Positions 12,374 to 23,410 of a DNA stretch of 64,000 nucleotides are shown one piece after another (within the stretch, counting starts at the first letter, position 1; every line of letters starts with the position of its first letter). The position numbers and the translations under genes are program-made. The DNA is from Azolla caroliniana (taxonomy: Eukaryota > Plantae > Polypodiophyta), in the NCBI GenBank assembly GCA_043228905.1, contig JBHGNT010000008.1, positions 3,596,001 through 3,660,000 of the forward strand. The letters run 5' to 3'. The notes beneath the pieces were generated by a model. The model saw only the letters and a list, made by a program, of their open reading frames with translations. It had not been told where the DNA came from and made no database searches.

Positions 12374-15143
12374 TTGCTCCAAATTCACATTAAAAAATCT
12401 GTTTTGGCGAGAGTGCTGAACTTCGCAAAATTTTGCGAGAGAAATGAGGACTTTCATGACATATATGGTCTGTCACTCGAGGGTATTGACCCTGCTGTTC
12501 TAACAAATAGATTGATTACTAATGTAGATTGGATGTCAGTATATAAAGTGCCTAGAGTGAAAGGCAAGGTCAAGCTTAAGCATGTACGACCGGACCTGTA
12601 CAACGACTTCATGAGACTGCACCAAAAAGTACATCAAGAGATCCCGGTCAACAACGAGTTGTCTGTTTCATTTGCCAGAGCTTTTGCATACGAGTAATGC
12701 AAAACAACGAAGGAATCTCGTGACCCTGAAATGTATAGGGTAGCTTGGGCAATTTATGGTGAGGCATCGGTAGAAAGATGTCGGAAGATGGGGAGCTTGC
12801 AACAAAAAATGGCAAGATTTTGGAGCATGGCAATTGATGATGCAACTGCTGACTCCCAACAAACCCGCAAGTATACACCACACTGCACACAATGAAAGCC
12901 AATGTCGATGATACAAGTGAGACATTGATTAGCTATATGCTAAAAAATGTCCATGAAGCTTGTGAGACATTGGAGTTTTTTAAGACTGATTTAGAGAAAG
13001 CAACATTGGATGTTGCAATGGAGAGCAAAGTCACTTTGGCAGTAACAACAATCAGAAATAAGATTCAGGTACCTATTGTTTTGCTAGTATGTAATATGTT
13101 ATAAATAACTTGTACATGAAAATGTGCTACTGAGGTATTATCTGGAATAGGTTGCTCAACATGAGCTTGAAATTAAGGGGTCACTGGATCCCCAATAGAA
13201 AATTGAACTACAAATAGAGATCGAGGTTCTTTCAATGAACCTAGACCTTCTAGGTGTAAATACTGTCGCTGATTACAATTTGGACAAGCTACAAGTTAAT
13301 GATTCTTGTTTCTTGTTGTTGTATCTTCCTCATTAAGGAATAATTAATCGGTAAATTTCTCGGCTGCGTTGAAGGAACAATACTCCCGTCAAGAACAGGT
13401 AGTTAGCTGCCTTAAGAAGCAGCTACATTTTGCGAAGGGGATGGTAAGGAGCAGACAACAATTGGAGCTAAACATTCTTACTACCTTACCAAATGAAGGA
13501 GAACCAGGAAACGATATATTGACTATTCAAGCACGTTGCATCGCTTGCGGATTACGTGTAGAGGACAAATCTGCTACTCTGTTGGTTCACCTACAACCAT
13601 GCCAACACACATACCATATCGTTTGTTTTCAATATGCTTGTCGCATTGCTGCATTCTATTTGGGGGATTGCAGTACAACTCTCCCCGATGAGTGGAGAAA
13701 ACTAACAAGTAAAATTGTTGCTTGTGACCATAGTGTAGCTAATTAGTTACATCTTTGCTAATTAGGTAAGCCGTATAAAGTGTGGAAACTATTTAGCTGT
13801 TATGGTTGTAGTGTAGTAGTTAATTAGCTAAGTGGTTGTTAATTAGCTACTACCATACATTAGCTTAGTAGCTAATTAACTAAGTGGTAGCCAATTAGCT
13901 ACTACCATAGTTTAGTATAGTAGCTAATTAGCTACCACCATAGTTTAGTTGAGTAACTAAGTAGCTAAGTGGTAGCTAATTAGCTACTACCATAGTTTAG
14001 TACAATAGCTAATTAGGTACTACTACAGTTTCATTGAGTAACTAATTAGCTAAGTGGTAGCTAATTAGTTACTACCATACTTTAGCTGAGTAGCTAATTA
14101 GCTAACTAGAAACTAATTAGCTACCACTTAGGTAATTAGCTATTGTACTAAACTATGGTAGTAGTTAATTAGCTACCACTTAGCTAATTAGCTACTCAGC
14201 TAAAGTATGGTAGTAGCTAATTAGCTAAGTGGTAGTAGCTAATTAGCTACTGTATTAAACTATGGTAGTAGTTAATTAGCTACCATAGTTTAATACAGTA
14301 GCTAATTAGCTAAATGGTAGCTAATTAGCTACTACCATAGTTTAGTACAGTAGCTAATTAGATAAGTGGTAGCTAATTAGCTACTACCATACTTTAGTTA
14401 TAGTGGCTAATTAGCTAATACCATACTTTAGCTGAGTAGCTAATTAGCTAGTACCATACTTTAATAGAGTAGCTAATTAGTTCCTACCATATTGATAGAG
14501 AGTAGCTAATTAGCTAGTACCATACCTAAGTGAAGTAGCTAATTAGCTTAGTTGTAGCTAATTAGCTACTGTCATAGTCTAGAAGAATAGCTAGTTAGCT
14601 AAGATGTAGCTAATTAGCAAACATGTTGTTGTAGAATCTTGTGGATTAACGAGGGTGGATGAGGTGTGTGCTGCTCATGACACTACAACCGATGAGGAGA
14701 TAGCTACCAACGTAGCTGAAAGTAAGAGTCCTGCTATCACATCTCCTTCAGATTAGGTTCGCCCTATTCTTTTGGAAGATGGTACTGAATTATGCAATGA
14801 TGTGAAAAGCCATAAAATACTAGAAACATGTAAATCTGAGGTTCACAACAATACTATTTTTTAACACTTGATGCAACATTTCTTCGAATCCCAAAACCTT
14901 GATTCCACCGCACAAAACCCAACTACTGATAATGTTCAAATAGATTCCACTGTACTGGAAAAGCTAGCGCAAGACGCGGCTGACATGCAAGCCGCTACTG
15001 AGGTGATGGAAAGGTTGTTGGAGGAGGACACACTTGCGCAATGGGTCAAAGAAGCAAGGCTATATATGTAACCAACTAGAAAAGGGCTGAAGAAGGGGCC
15101 ACGATCGGGGACAAGACCAGTTACTCGGTCAAGGGGCTCTTGA
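12374..15143 (+). pseudogene. Spliced pseudogene with coiled-coil and RING-finger-like domain (possibly transposon cargo)
   Basis: Collinear ORF pieces 12374-13068, 13151-~13290, 13369-13746 and ~14640-15140. GT-AG intron 13069-13150. Motif CIACG...PCQHTYHIVCFQ...C. In-frame stops and a frameshift. Confidence 0.55.
13735..14620. repeat. Array of the palindrome TAGCTAATTAGCTA in ~16-50-bp units with orientation switches
   Basis: Dozens of copies of (G)TAGCTAATTAGCTA(C) interleaved with TACCATAGTTTAG or AAGTGG; block ~14110-14280 is inverted relative to its flanks. Confidence 0.9.
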
Positions 15144-15399
15144 ATTGCAGTGAAATACTTATTAGTGGGATATGATTTTTAGCGATTTTCCTAGGGTTTT
15201 ATGAAGTTTTACTATGATCTATTTGGACAAGTAACACCTCAGATTGGTTGTTGCTTGATCCAGATTGTGCAATGGAACTCTATGATGTTTCTCCAAGATA
15301 ATTATGTTCATGTTGTTCTATGATGGAAAATATTTCATGTTCATTATGTTGTTTTGTGAGACTGTTAGTTACTTTGTGTGTGAATATGTTGGTGTTTTT

Positions 15400-18300
15400 T
15401 GTGAAATGTACGAAACACAGAATACTTACAGAGAAAACAGGTTTAATGGAGAGCTTAAGACACAATGTACGCGGGAGAGACAGAGAGGGAATGAACACAC
15501 AGAAAAACTAAAAATTCAAATAATGTGTGAAACTCTGTACATAGGATGTGCTCAGGGAGCACTTTTATACAAGTTCATACGGACTGATAGAAGTATTGAG
15601 CTCCTACACTAACTCCCAAATATATTCCCTCGCAGAAATCTATTCAATGACCTCCCGATTTCCGCACCGATCCGGCCTCCTATTGTGTACGGGTTTACGC
15701 ATCGGTTTGCCCAATGTTGAGTTTGTATCTCAACACTCCCCCTCAAGCTCAACTTGAGGCTTGTGAACGATTACTTGCGGAAGCGTTAGAAAATAGAGAA
15801 GGTAGGGAACACACAAAGTACACGGGAGAGACAGAGAGAGCAGAAGTTCAAGGCTATATTCAAAAACGATAAAAACACTATGTCTATACAACTATGCTTA
15901 ATAGCATTATTTATACAAGTCCTTGTGGGACTGACAGAAGTACCGCGTACTTCAATGCTCACACGAGCATCTGACACTTACTACAAGACTATAATTGCCT
16001 AGTAGTCTACACTAATACTAGGCTTCCAGTTACTGATTGGATCCGGCTAACCGGCTCCCCAGCTCACCGGCTCTGTTGCTTGCCGGCTCGGTTGCTCACA
16101 GCTTACTGATCCATCTCGCTTGTCAGCTCAGGCTTATTCAGCCGATTCGGCTCCAGTTGAGCTTGCTGCTCAACACTCCCCCTCAAGCTCAACTTGAGGT
16201 TGGATCTTAGTGTCAGTCTCTATGGCAGCCGGTTCTTCCAACTGACCTCTCCTGGCGTCGCTTCGCCTTGCTCGCGCTCCTCGTCCGGTCCAATTTTGTT
16301 TGCCGTGAACCCTCTTGTTTTGCGCGCCTCGACCTTCTTGGTCGGTATGTCTGATCAATAGGCCCCTCTCAGCTCCTTCGCTGCTATGAATCCGGCGCTT
16401 ATCGATCCGTCGGTTTCTCCACGATGGCATCGGCTTCTGCTGCATCCATGTCTGCTTGGCCTTGAATTGATTCGGTTCTTCCGAATCTGTCTTTTGAACC
16501 GAATCGACTGTCTCTGATTCGTTCCAGCTCTTGTCCGAATCGGTTGGTCTCGATTCGTCTTCTGGTTCCAAGCCCTTCACCACATCGGAACATGTCCGGG
16601 TCTTGGCCTTCTTCCTTTGGTCGGCTCTGTCCTTCTTGACGCTGCCGCCTTCTAATCTTCCCTCATTGGCGCAATCGGTAGTCTCTTTGCCTTTGCCCGT
16701 TCCGGTGTCTCTGCCCATTCTCCCCCTCAAGTGTGGCACGTTGAGATGCTGAACACCAAGCATGTCGGTAAAGTGTTACAACTTGTCCGATCCAAGCGGC
16801 TTGGTGAAGATGTCAGCAACTTGTCGATCCATGTGAACATACCGTAGTTCAACTTCACCACTCAGGACCCGTTCATGCACAAAGTGATAATGCACTTCTA
16901 TGTGCTTCGTGCGAGCATGGAACAAAGGGTTCTTGGCGAGTTGTATGCTGCTTATGTTGTCGCAGTAGACCAGAATCGGGGTCGATACCTCGATCCGTAA
17001 GTCTTGCAGTAGTCGCCAAAGCCAAATGGCTTCACATGTGGCAATGGTAGTGCCCCGATACTCAGCCTCAGTGCTCGACAACGCAATTGTTGGCTGCTTT
17101 TTGCTGCTCCATGCAACAGTCGCGCTACCTAGGGAAAACATGTAACCAGAGGTTGATCGGCGATCTGATGCATCTCCGGCCCAATCGGCATCAGTGTAAC
17201 CGACGAGCTCTTCGGTTATACCTCACCGGTATAATAGTCCCCGGTCCTTCGTGCCGCTTACATATCGCAATATCCGTTGCACGCACTGAATGCGCTCCAC
17301 GGTCGGCTTCTGCATGAATTGACTTATCATCCCGACCAAATAGCTGATGTCAGGGTGTGTGATAGTCAAGTAAATAAGGCTTCCGACAATTTGTCGGAAC
17401 CGTTTCTCGTTGCAAGCCGATCCGGTGTTGGGACGGAGCTTCTGGTTCCGGTCCAAGGCTATGGAGACAGGTCGGCATTCTGTCATGCCGAACTTGTACA
17501 GCATATTCAAGACGTAATGTCGTTGTGAGAGTAATATGCCATCGGGGGTTCCGATCACCTCGATCCCAAGAAAACAATGAAGGTCCCCCAGGTCCTTCAT
17601 CTCAAATGCGTCCGACAACAGGGACTTGACACGGTTGATTTCTGGAACACCCGGTCCGGTGACGACTAGATCATCAACATACAGCAGTATACATACCGAA
17701 CCGGCTGAGCCTTGCCGGATGAACAAAGAAGAGTCCAATTTGGAGGCCACAAACCCCATCTTACGCAACTGGTGCGTGATCTTCGCATTCCAAGCTCGAG
17801 GGGCTTGCTTCAGGCCGTACAACGACTTCTTCAGCAGGCATACCGCCAACTTTTTCATTTTCGATTGAAAACCGGGAGGCTGAGTCATAAAGACTTCTTC
17901 TTCAAGATCAACTTGAAGAAATACATTCTTCACATCCATCTGATGAAGATGCCACCCCCTTGCCGCAGCAACCGCTAGCACCACATGAACCGTCGTCATC
18001 TTCGCTACAGGAGCGAAGGTCTCGTCGTAGTCGATTCCGTGGGTCTACGCGTATCCCTTCGCCACTAATCGGGCTTTATACTGGTTAACAGAACCATCGA
18101 CGTTGTACTTTACCTTGTATATCCACTTGCATCCGATTGGTTTACAGTGACGAGGAGGGTCAACCAAGTCCCATGTCTTGTTGACATCAAGTGCCCGCAT
18201 TTCTTCTTCCATAGAGGCACGCCAATTTGTGTCTTGGCCGCTTCTATGTAGCTCTCCGGCTCACGCACTTCCGCCACCTTAGTCATGTATGCATAGTGAT

Positions 18301-21300
18301 GCGCCATGTACTCAATGTACCCGTACTGCTTGACGGGATCCTTCTGGCGGGTGGACCGACGTAACTCACTGTTACCCGGTTTGAGGCCCTTCTTGGCCGG
18401 TTCGGTCTTCGTTGCCGAAGGTTCGCCTTTCTCCTTGCCGGAGTTGGATGCACACTGATCCGACTCATAGTTGCCGGTTTCGAATTCCGGCATCTTCTTC
18501 TTCCCCTTCTCTTTGCGCGTGAACCGATGCCTCAGTTCCTTGCGCGGGGAGTGCACGGTAGAGTCTCCACTACTCTTTGGTTCCTCATCGGACTGGTCAG
18601 ATTGACTCAGTCTCTCATTTGACCAGCTCAACCGGAACGATTCCGGACTCTCATCCTAAGTCCACGCTTCATTATCCTCTACTTGGGCTAGTTCAGGCTC
18701 ACTAGCCTCATCCACCGGCACCGGGTCGGATTCGGAAGTCGGAGGAGGTAAGGAGTACCACGATGCCGATTCATCGAACTCGACATCTCGACTAACTCGG
18801 ACCTGCTTTGTCCAGGGGTTATAACACTTATAACCCTTCTCCTCTTGAGCATAGCCAATTAGGATGCATTTTTCCGATTTTGCATCCAGCTTCCTCCGCT
18901 ACTGTACCGGTACATGCACATATGTAATGCTACCGAAGATCTTAAGGTTTCTCAAATTCGGCTTGCGCCCGAAATACAGCTCGGGAGCTGACACCTTGTC
19001 ACCGATCCGGTTCTGGATGTAGACAGTTGTTCGAACTGCCTCCGCCCAACAAACTTTGGGCATGCTCTTCTCCTCCAACATTGCCCTTGCCGCATCAATA
19101 AGCGACTGGTTCTTCCTTTCGGCAACATCGTTCTATTGTGGTGTGTATCTACAACTGAACTCTTGCCGAATTCCCTTTTGCTACAGATAACTATTGAATT
19201 GGCTGGAAAAGTACTCTTTTCCGCCATCCAACCACAGGCATTTGATCTTCCTCTCCAATTCCCATTCCACCATGCTTTGAAGACTCCATAAACACTCGAA
19301 GACTTCACTCTTCCGCTCAATGAGGTAGATCCATGTGTGCCGCGTATAGTCGTCGATGAAGGAGATGAAATATCGACTCCTGCCAAGACTAACATTCTGT
19401 GCTGATCCCCACACATCCGAATGGATAAGGTCGAGCTTGTTACGGCTCCAGTTACGTTCAGTGGGGAATGGAAGCCGGTGTTGCTTCCTGAGTTGGCAGG
19501 CTTCACATACTTGGACCTTCCGGCCGCTAAACTTCGGCAAACCAAAAACAACTTGTTTCGTTTGCAGGTCTTGAAGCCTCTGGTAATTGACATGGCCTAT
19601 CCACTTCTGCCACAGGTTGATGTCCAATTCGACCTTCTATCCTTTTGCAAATAGCGCGGTGTCGACGTCATTGGTGTCGAGGATAAACATCCTCCCGTCT
19701 TTGCGCCTTTGCGCAATAATATGGCCCTCTTCCTCGATGATCTATCCGACCGACACTAGGTTCTTCGTGATTGTCGGAACGTGTAATACGTTCATCAGCT
19801 TCCCCTTCTGTCTGACGTGGCTCAAAGGGACTTCTCCGACGTGCACAATTGGGTGAGGAGTTTCGTCTCCGGTTTCGACTACTCCTAGTTGATCCGGTTT
19901 CTCCAAAAAGGAGAACCACTCTTTGTGGTTCATCATGTGGTTCGACGCACCGGAATCAACATACCACACTTCCTCCGATTTGGAAGTGGTCTTCTTCATC
20001 GAGTTCGCCTCGTGCTTCATCACCAAGGCTGGCTCGTTGTCGTTCTTGGATCCTCCCGATCCCTTCGCGTAGTGCGAGCTTTGCCGGCCATCCTTGCCAG
20101 CCTTGCCGGATCTGGATTTGTCTGAATCGGCTCGTTTTCTCCAGCACTCGCTTTCTCTATTGCCCTTTTTGCCACAGTACCAGCATTCCGTTGCTGACTT
20201 CTCTTGGCGTCTTCCAGTGTCGCCATGACTCCCCTTGCCTGTGGGAATCCCGAAACCGTTGTCGGCATGTTCTCTGTGCCTTCGTTCTTGCTCTTGCCGG
20301 CCGCCTCCATTGCGTGCCGACCCGCCTCGTCCACCACGCCCACGGGACCCATCCGCCTCCGTGTACAACATCCGGCTGTCAGTGGGTGCGCTAGTTGACG
20401 CACCGGTGTAGTTCTCCTCTACAAAGAGCATCGACTATAAGTCGAAAAATGATGGCGTATTCTCCCTTGTACACACCGCCGTTCGGAACGCTCTGAACTT
20501 AGATGCCAGGCCCCCAAGACAGACCTGTACCATCTCGTCTTCCTCTACGATAACGTTGATAGAGGCAAGTGAGTCATAGATCTCTTTGATCCAGGCCGTG
20601 TAATTCTCCACCGACATGTCCTTCTGTCGGACATTGCTCCACTCCTGTCAGAGTTGCAGCTTCCGGGCTGTAGTGCTCGTAGCGGAAACCTTCTTCAGGC
20701 TCCCCCAAGCCTCCTTCGGCATTTGACGTCTCGGATGTGGCTCAGCAGCTGGTCTCCGACACTGGACGCGAAGCAGTACATCACTCTGCTTGCTGATTGT
20801 CCCCACACTGGGAAGTCCTTATGTGCCACATAAGGTGCTGTTTCGTTGGCTCCTTCGACGAAACTCTAGTAGTTATGCCCAAGCAGGTACTGGTGCATCT
20901 TATACGACCAAGATGCATAGTTGGAACTGTCGAGTTTCTCCACAGGGAGCGAGTTAGCCATCCCTCTATCCATCACTTCTCTGTCTGCTCTTTTACGACC
21001 TGTTAGGGTTTGCTCTCAAGCATTTGTCGGTTGCAGAGGAGGTTCTCAACCCTCGCGCTCTAATACCATGTGAACGATTACCACCGGAAGCGTTAGAAAA
21101 TAGAGAAGGTAGGGAACACACAGAGTACATGGGAGAGACAGAGAGCAGAAGTTCAAGGCTATATTCAAAAACGATAAAAACACTCTATCTATACAACTAT
21201 GCTTAATAGCATTATTTATACAAGTCCTCGTGGGAATGATAGAAGTACCGCGTACTTCAATGCTCACACGAGCATCTGACACTTACTACGAGACTATAAT

Positions 21301-21628
21301 TGCCTAGTAGTCTACACTAATACTAGGCTTCCGGTTACTGATTGGATCCGGCTTACCGGCTCCCCAACTTACCGACTCTGTTGCTTGCCAGCTCTGTTGC
21401 TCACAGCTTACCGATCCGTCTCGCTTGCCAGCTCAGGCTTATTCAGCTATTCCGGCTCCAGTTGAGCTTGCCGCTCAACAAGGCTCTTTCGGTCCTGCGC
21501 TCCGGTTTCTCTTGACTTCACAGCTTGCTCACACTCCTTGACCCGTTCAACGAACTATATCATGGGTCCAAAATCACGTTGTTTGTATGTGTGTTCCTCC
21601 TTGGTTTCTTGTGAGTTGTGAGTTGTGA
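15400..21628 (-). mobile_element. Copia remnant: 3' LTR, PPT and a short 3' region, split by a younger Copia
   Basis: LTR 15400-15735 followed by CTCCCCCTCAAG (PPT on minus strand). Sequence resumes at 21486 after the AGGCT TSD and is truncated before the plastid fragments; right boundary approximate. Confidence 0.75.
15762..21480 (-). mobile_element. Full-length degenerate Ty1/Copia element
   Basis: LTRs 15762-16175 and 21069-21480. Perfect TSD AGGCT. PBS TGGTATTAGAGC at 21068-21057. Gag [50 protein letters not shown]. Confidence 0.95.
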
Positions 21629-21754
21629 GTATATATCGACACTACGAGTATCGATCAATTCGACGAATCGTTGACATAGTTCACAAATTTCAAAACTTCC
21701 AGTTATCCGATAGATACCTAATATACCCAGCAACAACCCGAAATCTCCCATACG
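21629..21754 (-). pseudogene. ndhF: Nuclear plastid DNA (NUPT): ndhF fragment
   Basis: [22 protein letters not shown] matches the conserved NdhF [21 protein letters not shown] segment. Confidence 0.88.
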
Positions 21755-21876
21755 TGGCAGAATATTTCCAAGATGTCAACGAGCAAGCTGTACCTTTATT
21801 CATTGACAACATCTTTCGCTTCGCCCAGAATCGCGGAATCAAAAGTCTCTGCTTTCTTTTTGGCAGGTAGAATGCC
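21755..21876 (+). pseudogene. atpB: Nuclear plastid DNA (NUPT): atpB fragment
   Basis: [24 protein letters not shown] followed by degenerate AGSEVSALLGRMP coding; canonical AtpB is AEYFRDVNxQDVLLFIDNIFRFVQ. Confidence 0.9.
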
Positions 21877-22574
21877 GATGAAAACCGCTTCTCAGCCGTC
21901 AAGCAAGTAAGCCGTGGGTTATCAACCGCGCTCGAAGAACGGGAAAGGACAGACAACCCCTTTCCCTCGGCCTCTGTCCCATATTTTGGACGCAGGAAGC
22001 AATCTTGCGTTCCTATTTCGACGCTTCAAACGCTAGGATTGCGGTCTTTGAGTTTTTGAAATTTCCTCGTTGCTCTTTGGTTTTTAAAACTCTATTATAT
22101 ACCCTCAAAGTTTTGAAATTACAATGGGTACCCTCAAGGTTTCGAAATTTGTTGCTTGCAATTTAAAAAATTGTATTATGTACCCTCATGTTTATATAAT
22201 TTGTGTGTTATTTTATGAAAATTTCTCTCATGCCCTTGTCTTTGTCTTTTCCCCTCTCCTTTCTGTTTTGTCTTCCTCTCTTTCTTCATTTTTTCTCTTC
22301 TTCCTGTCTGTCGGTCCGTCTGTGTCTCCTTCTCGTCACTTTGTTCCTTTCTTCTCTTTTTGTGTCTATTGGTCTTTTCTACCTACCTATGTCAGTTTGT
22401 GCTTTCTTCTTCTTCTTCTTGTGTTTGGTATGATGTCGTTTCTACGTTTCTCTCTTTTCTTCTTCTTCTTCTTCTCTCTTCTTGTTTTCATCTGCTCTTC
22501 TTCTAGTGTTGCTTCTCATTCCTCTTCTCATTCCTCTTGTTTCTTCTCTGCGATTTCTTCTACAAATCTTCCCT

Positions 22575-22576
<2 letters not shown>

Positions 22577-22628
<52 letters not shown>
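22577..22628. repeat. (CT)n microsatellite in a pyrimidine-rich tract
   Basis: About 25 CT units. Confidence 0.95.
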
Positions 22629-22633
<5 letters not shown>

Positions 22634-23394
22634 TGTTTCTTCCACTTCTTCCTTGTTCTGTTTTGGCGTTTCGGGGTTGGGAGGAAACACGACCTTCACT
22701 CTCCCTTTGCTTGCACGTCATCTCCCTCTGCTGCTGTTGACGCCATCATTTCCGTTCGCCGGTCGTGGTTGTCCATCTCTATCCAGCCCTTCCGGTTGCT
22801 TCATCCAGCCGCGCCGGTCACTGATGTCCGGCCTGTCTGTTCTTCCTGGTTGTTTCTAGTTTTTTGTCCGGTCATTGTTGCTCCGATCGGCGCTTGTTAA
22901 CCATTTCTGGGGAAACACCTTCGATGAGCTCACAGGCTATCGGTGTCAAAGGATCGTGTTACGTGGAAGCCTCTTCTACACTGGGAAAAAGAAAGGAGAA
23001 CAAGGAGAGTACACGGCCTACAACCCGTTAGGCATAACGTAGCTCGATTTATGAGTACGGGGAGAATACACAGATAGAAGTTTAGAAAAAACGAAACCTA
23101 TATTAAATGCTAAAGCTCACGGTAATTCTAGTACTCGGCTCTTTGCCGGAAACAGTTCGTACAGAGCTTGCTGCTAGGATATTCCTCTCCCTAAGAATGA
23201 TCTAGATAAAATCACCCCTTGAGGTATGCATAACTCGGGTTATATAGTTTCCCTCTTGAGACAGAGCCCAGTCATCGGCTGATTGTGAGGGCTAAAACAC
23301 GGCTATTTCTAGTCTTACCTATTTCCTCACCTACTCTTCTACCTAACGGCGAGTTTACATAATATATTTATATTTCTGGCCTATGGAAAACACC

Positions 23395-23410
23395 TGGCAC
23401 GCCCGTGGGA
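23395..23410 (+). promoter_or_regulatory. Inverted second PBS (tRNA-Arg 3'-end copy) occupying the PPT position
   Basis: Plus strand TGGCACGCCCGTGGGA lies 2 nt from the 3' LTR; element sense strand reads GTTCTATCCCACGGGCGTGCCA-GG-LTR. No purine tract present. Confidence 0.8.

Noticed and set aside
13735-14620. CRISPR-like repeat-spacer array
   Set aside because: Spacers are themselves repeated, unit lengths are irregular, the context is eukaryotic and there are no cas genes.
22028-22200. Possible Mutator TIR (TACCCTCA repeats)
   Set aside because: No partner TIR or TSD found in the window.
22124-22900. 258-aa hydrophobic ORF as a membrane protein
   Set aside because: Artefact of CT-rich low-complexity sequence.
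22895-23410. Left LTR as the 5' LTR of a separate plus-strand element
   Set aside because: It shares orientation and the GCGCT TSD with the right LTR, and the TATA box and all ORFs are on the minus strand.
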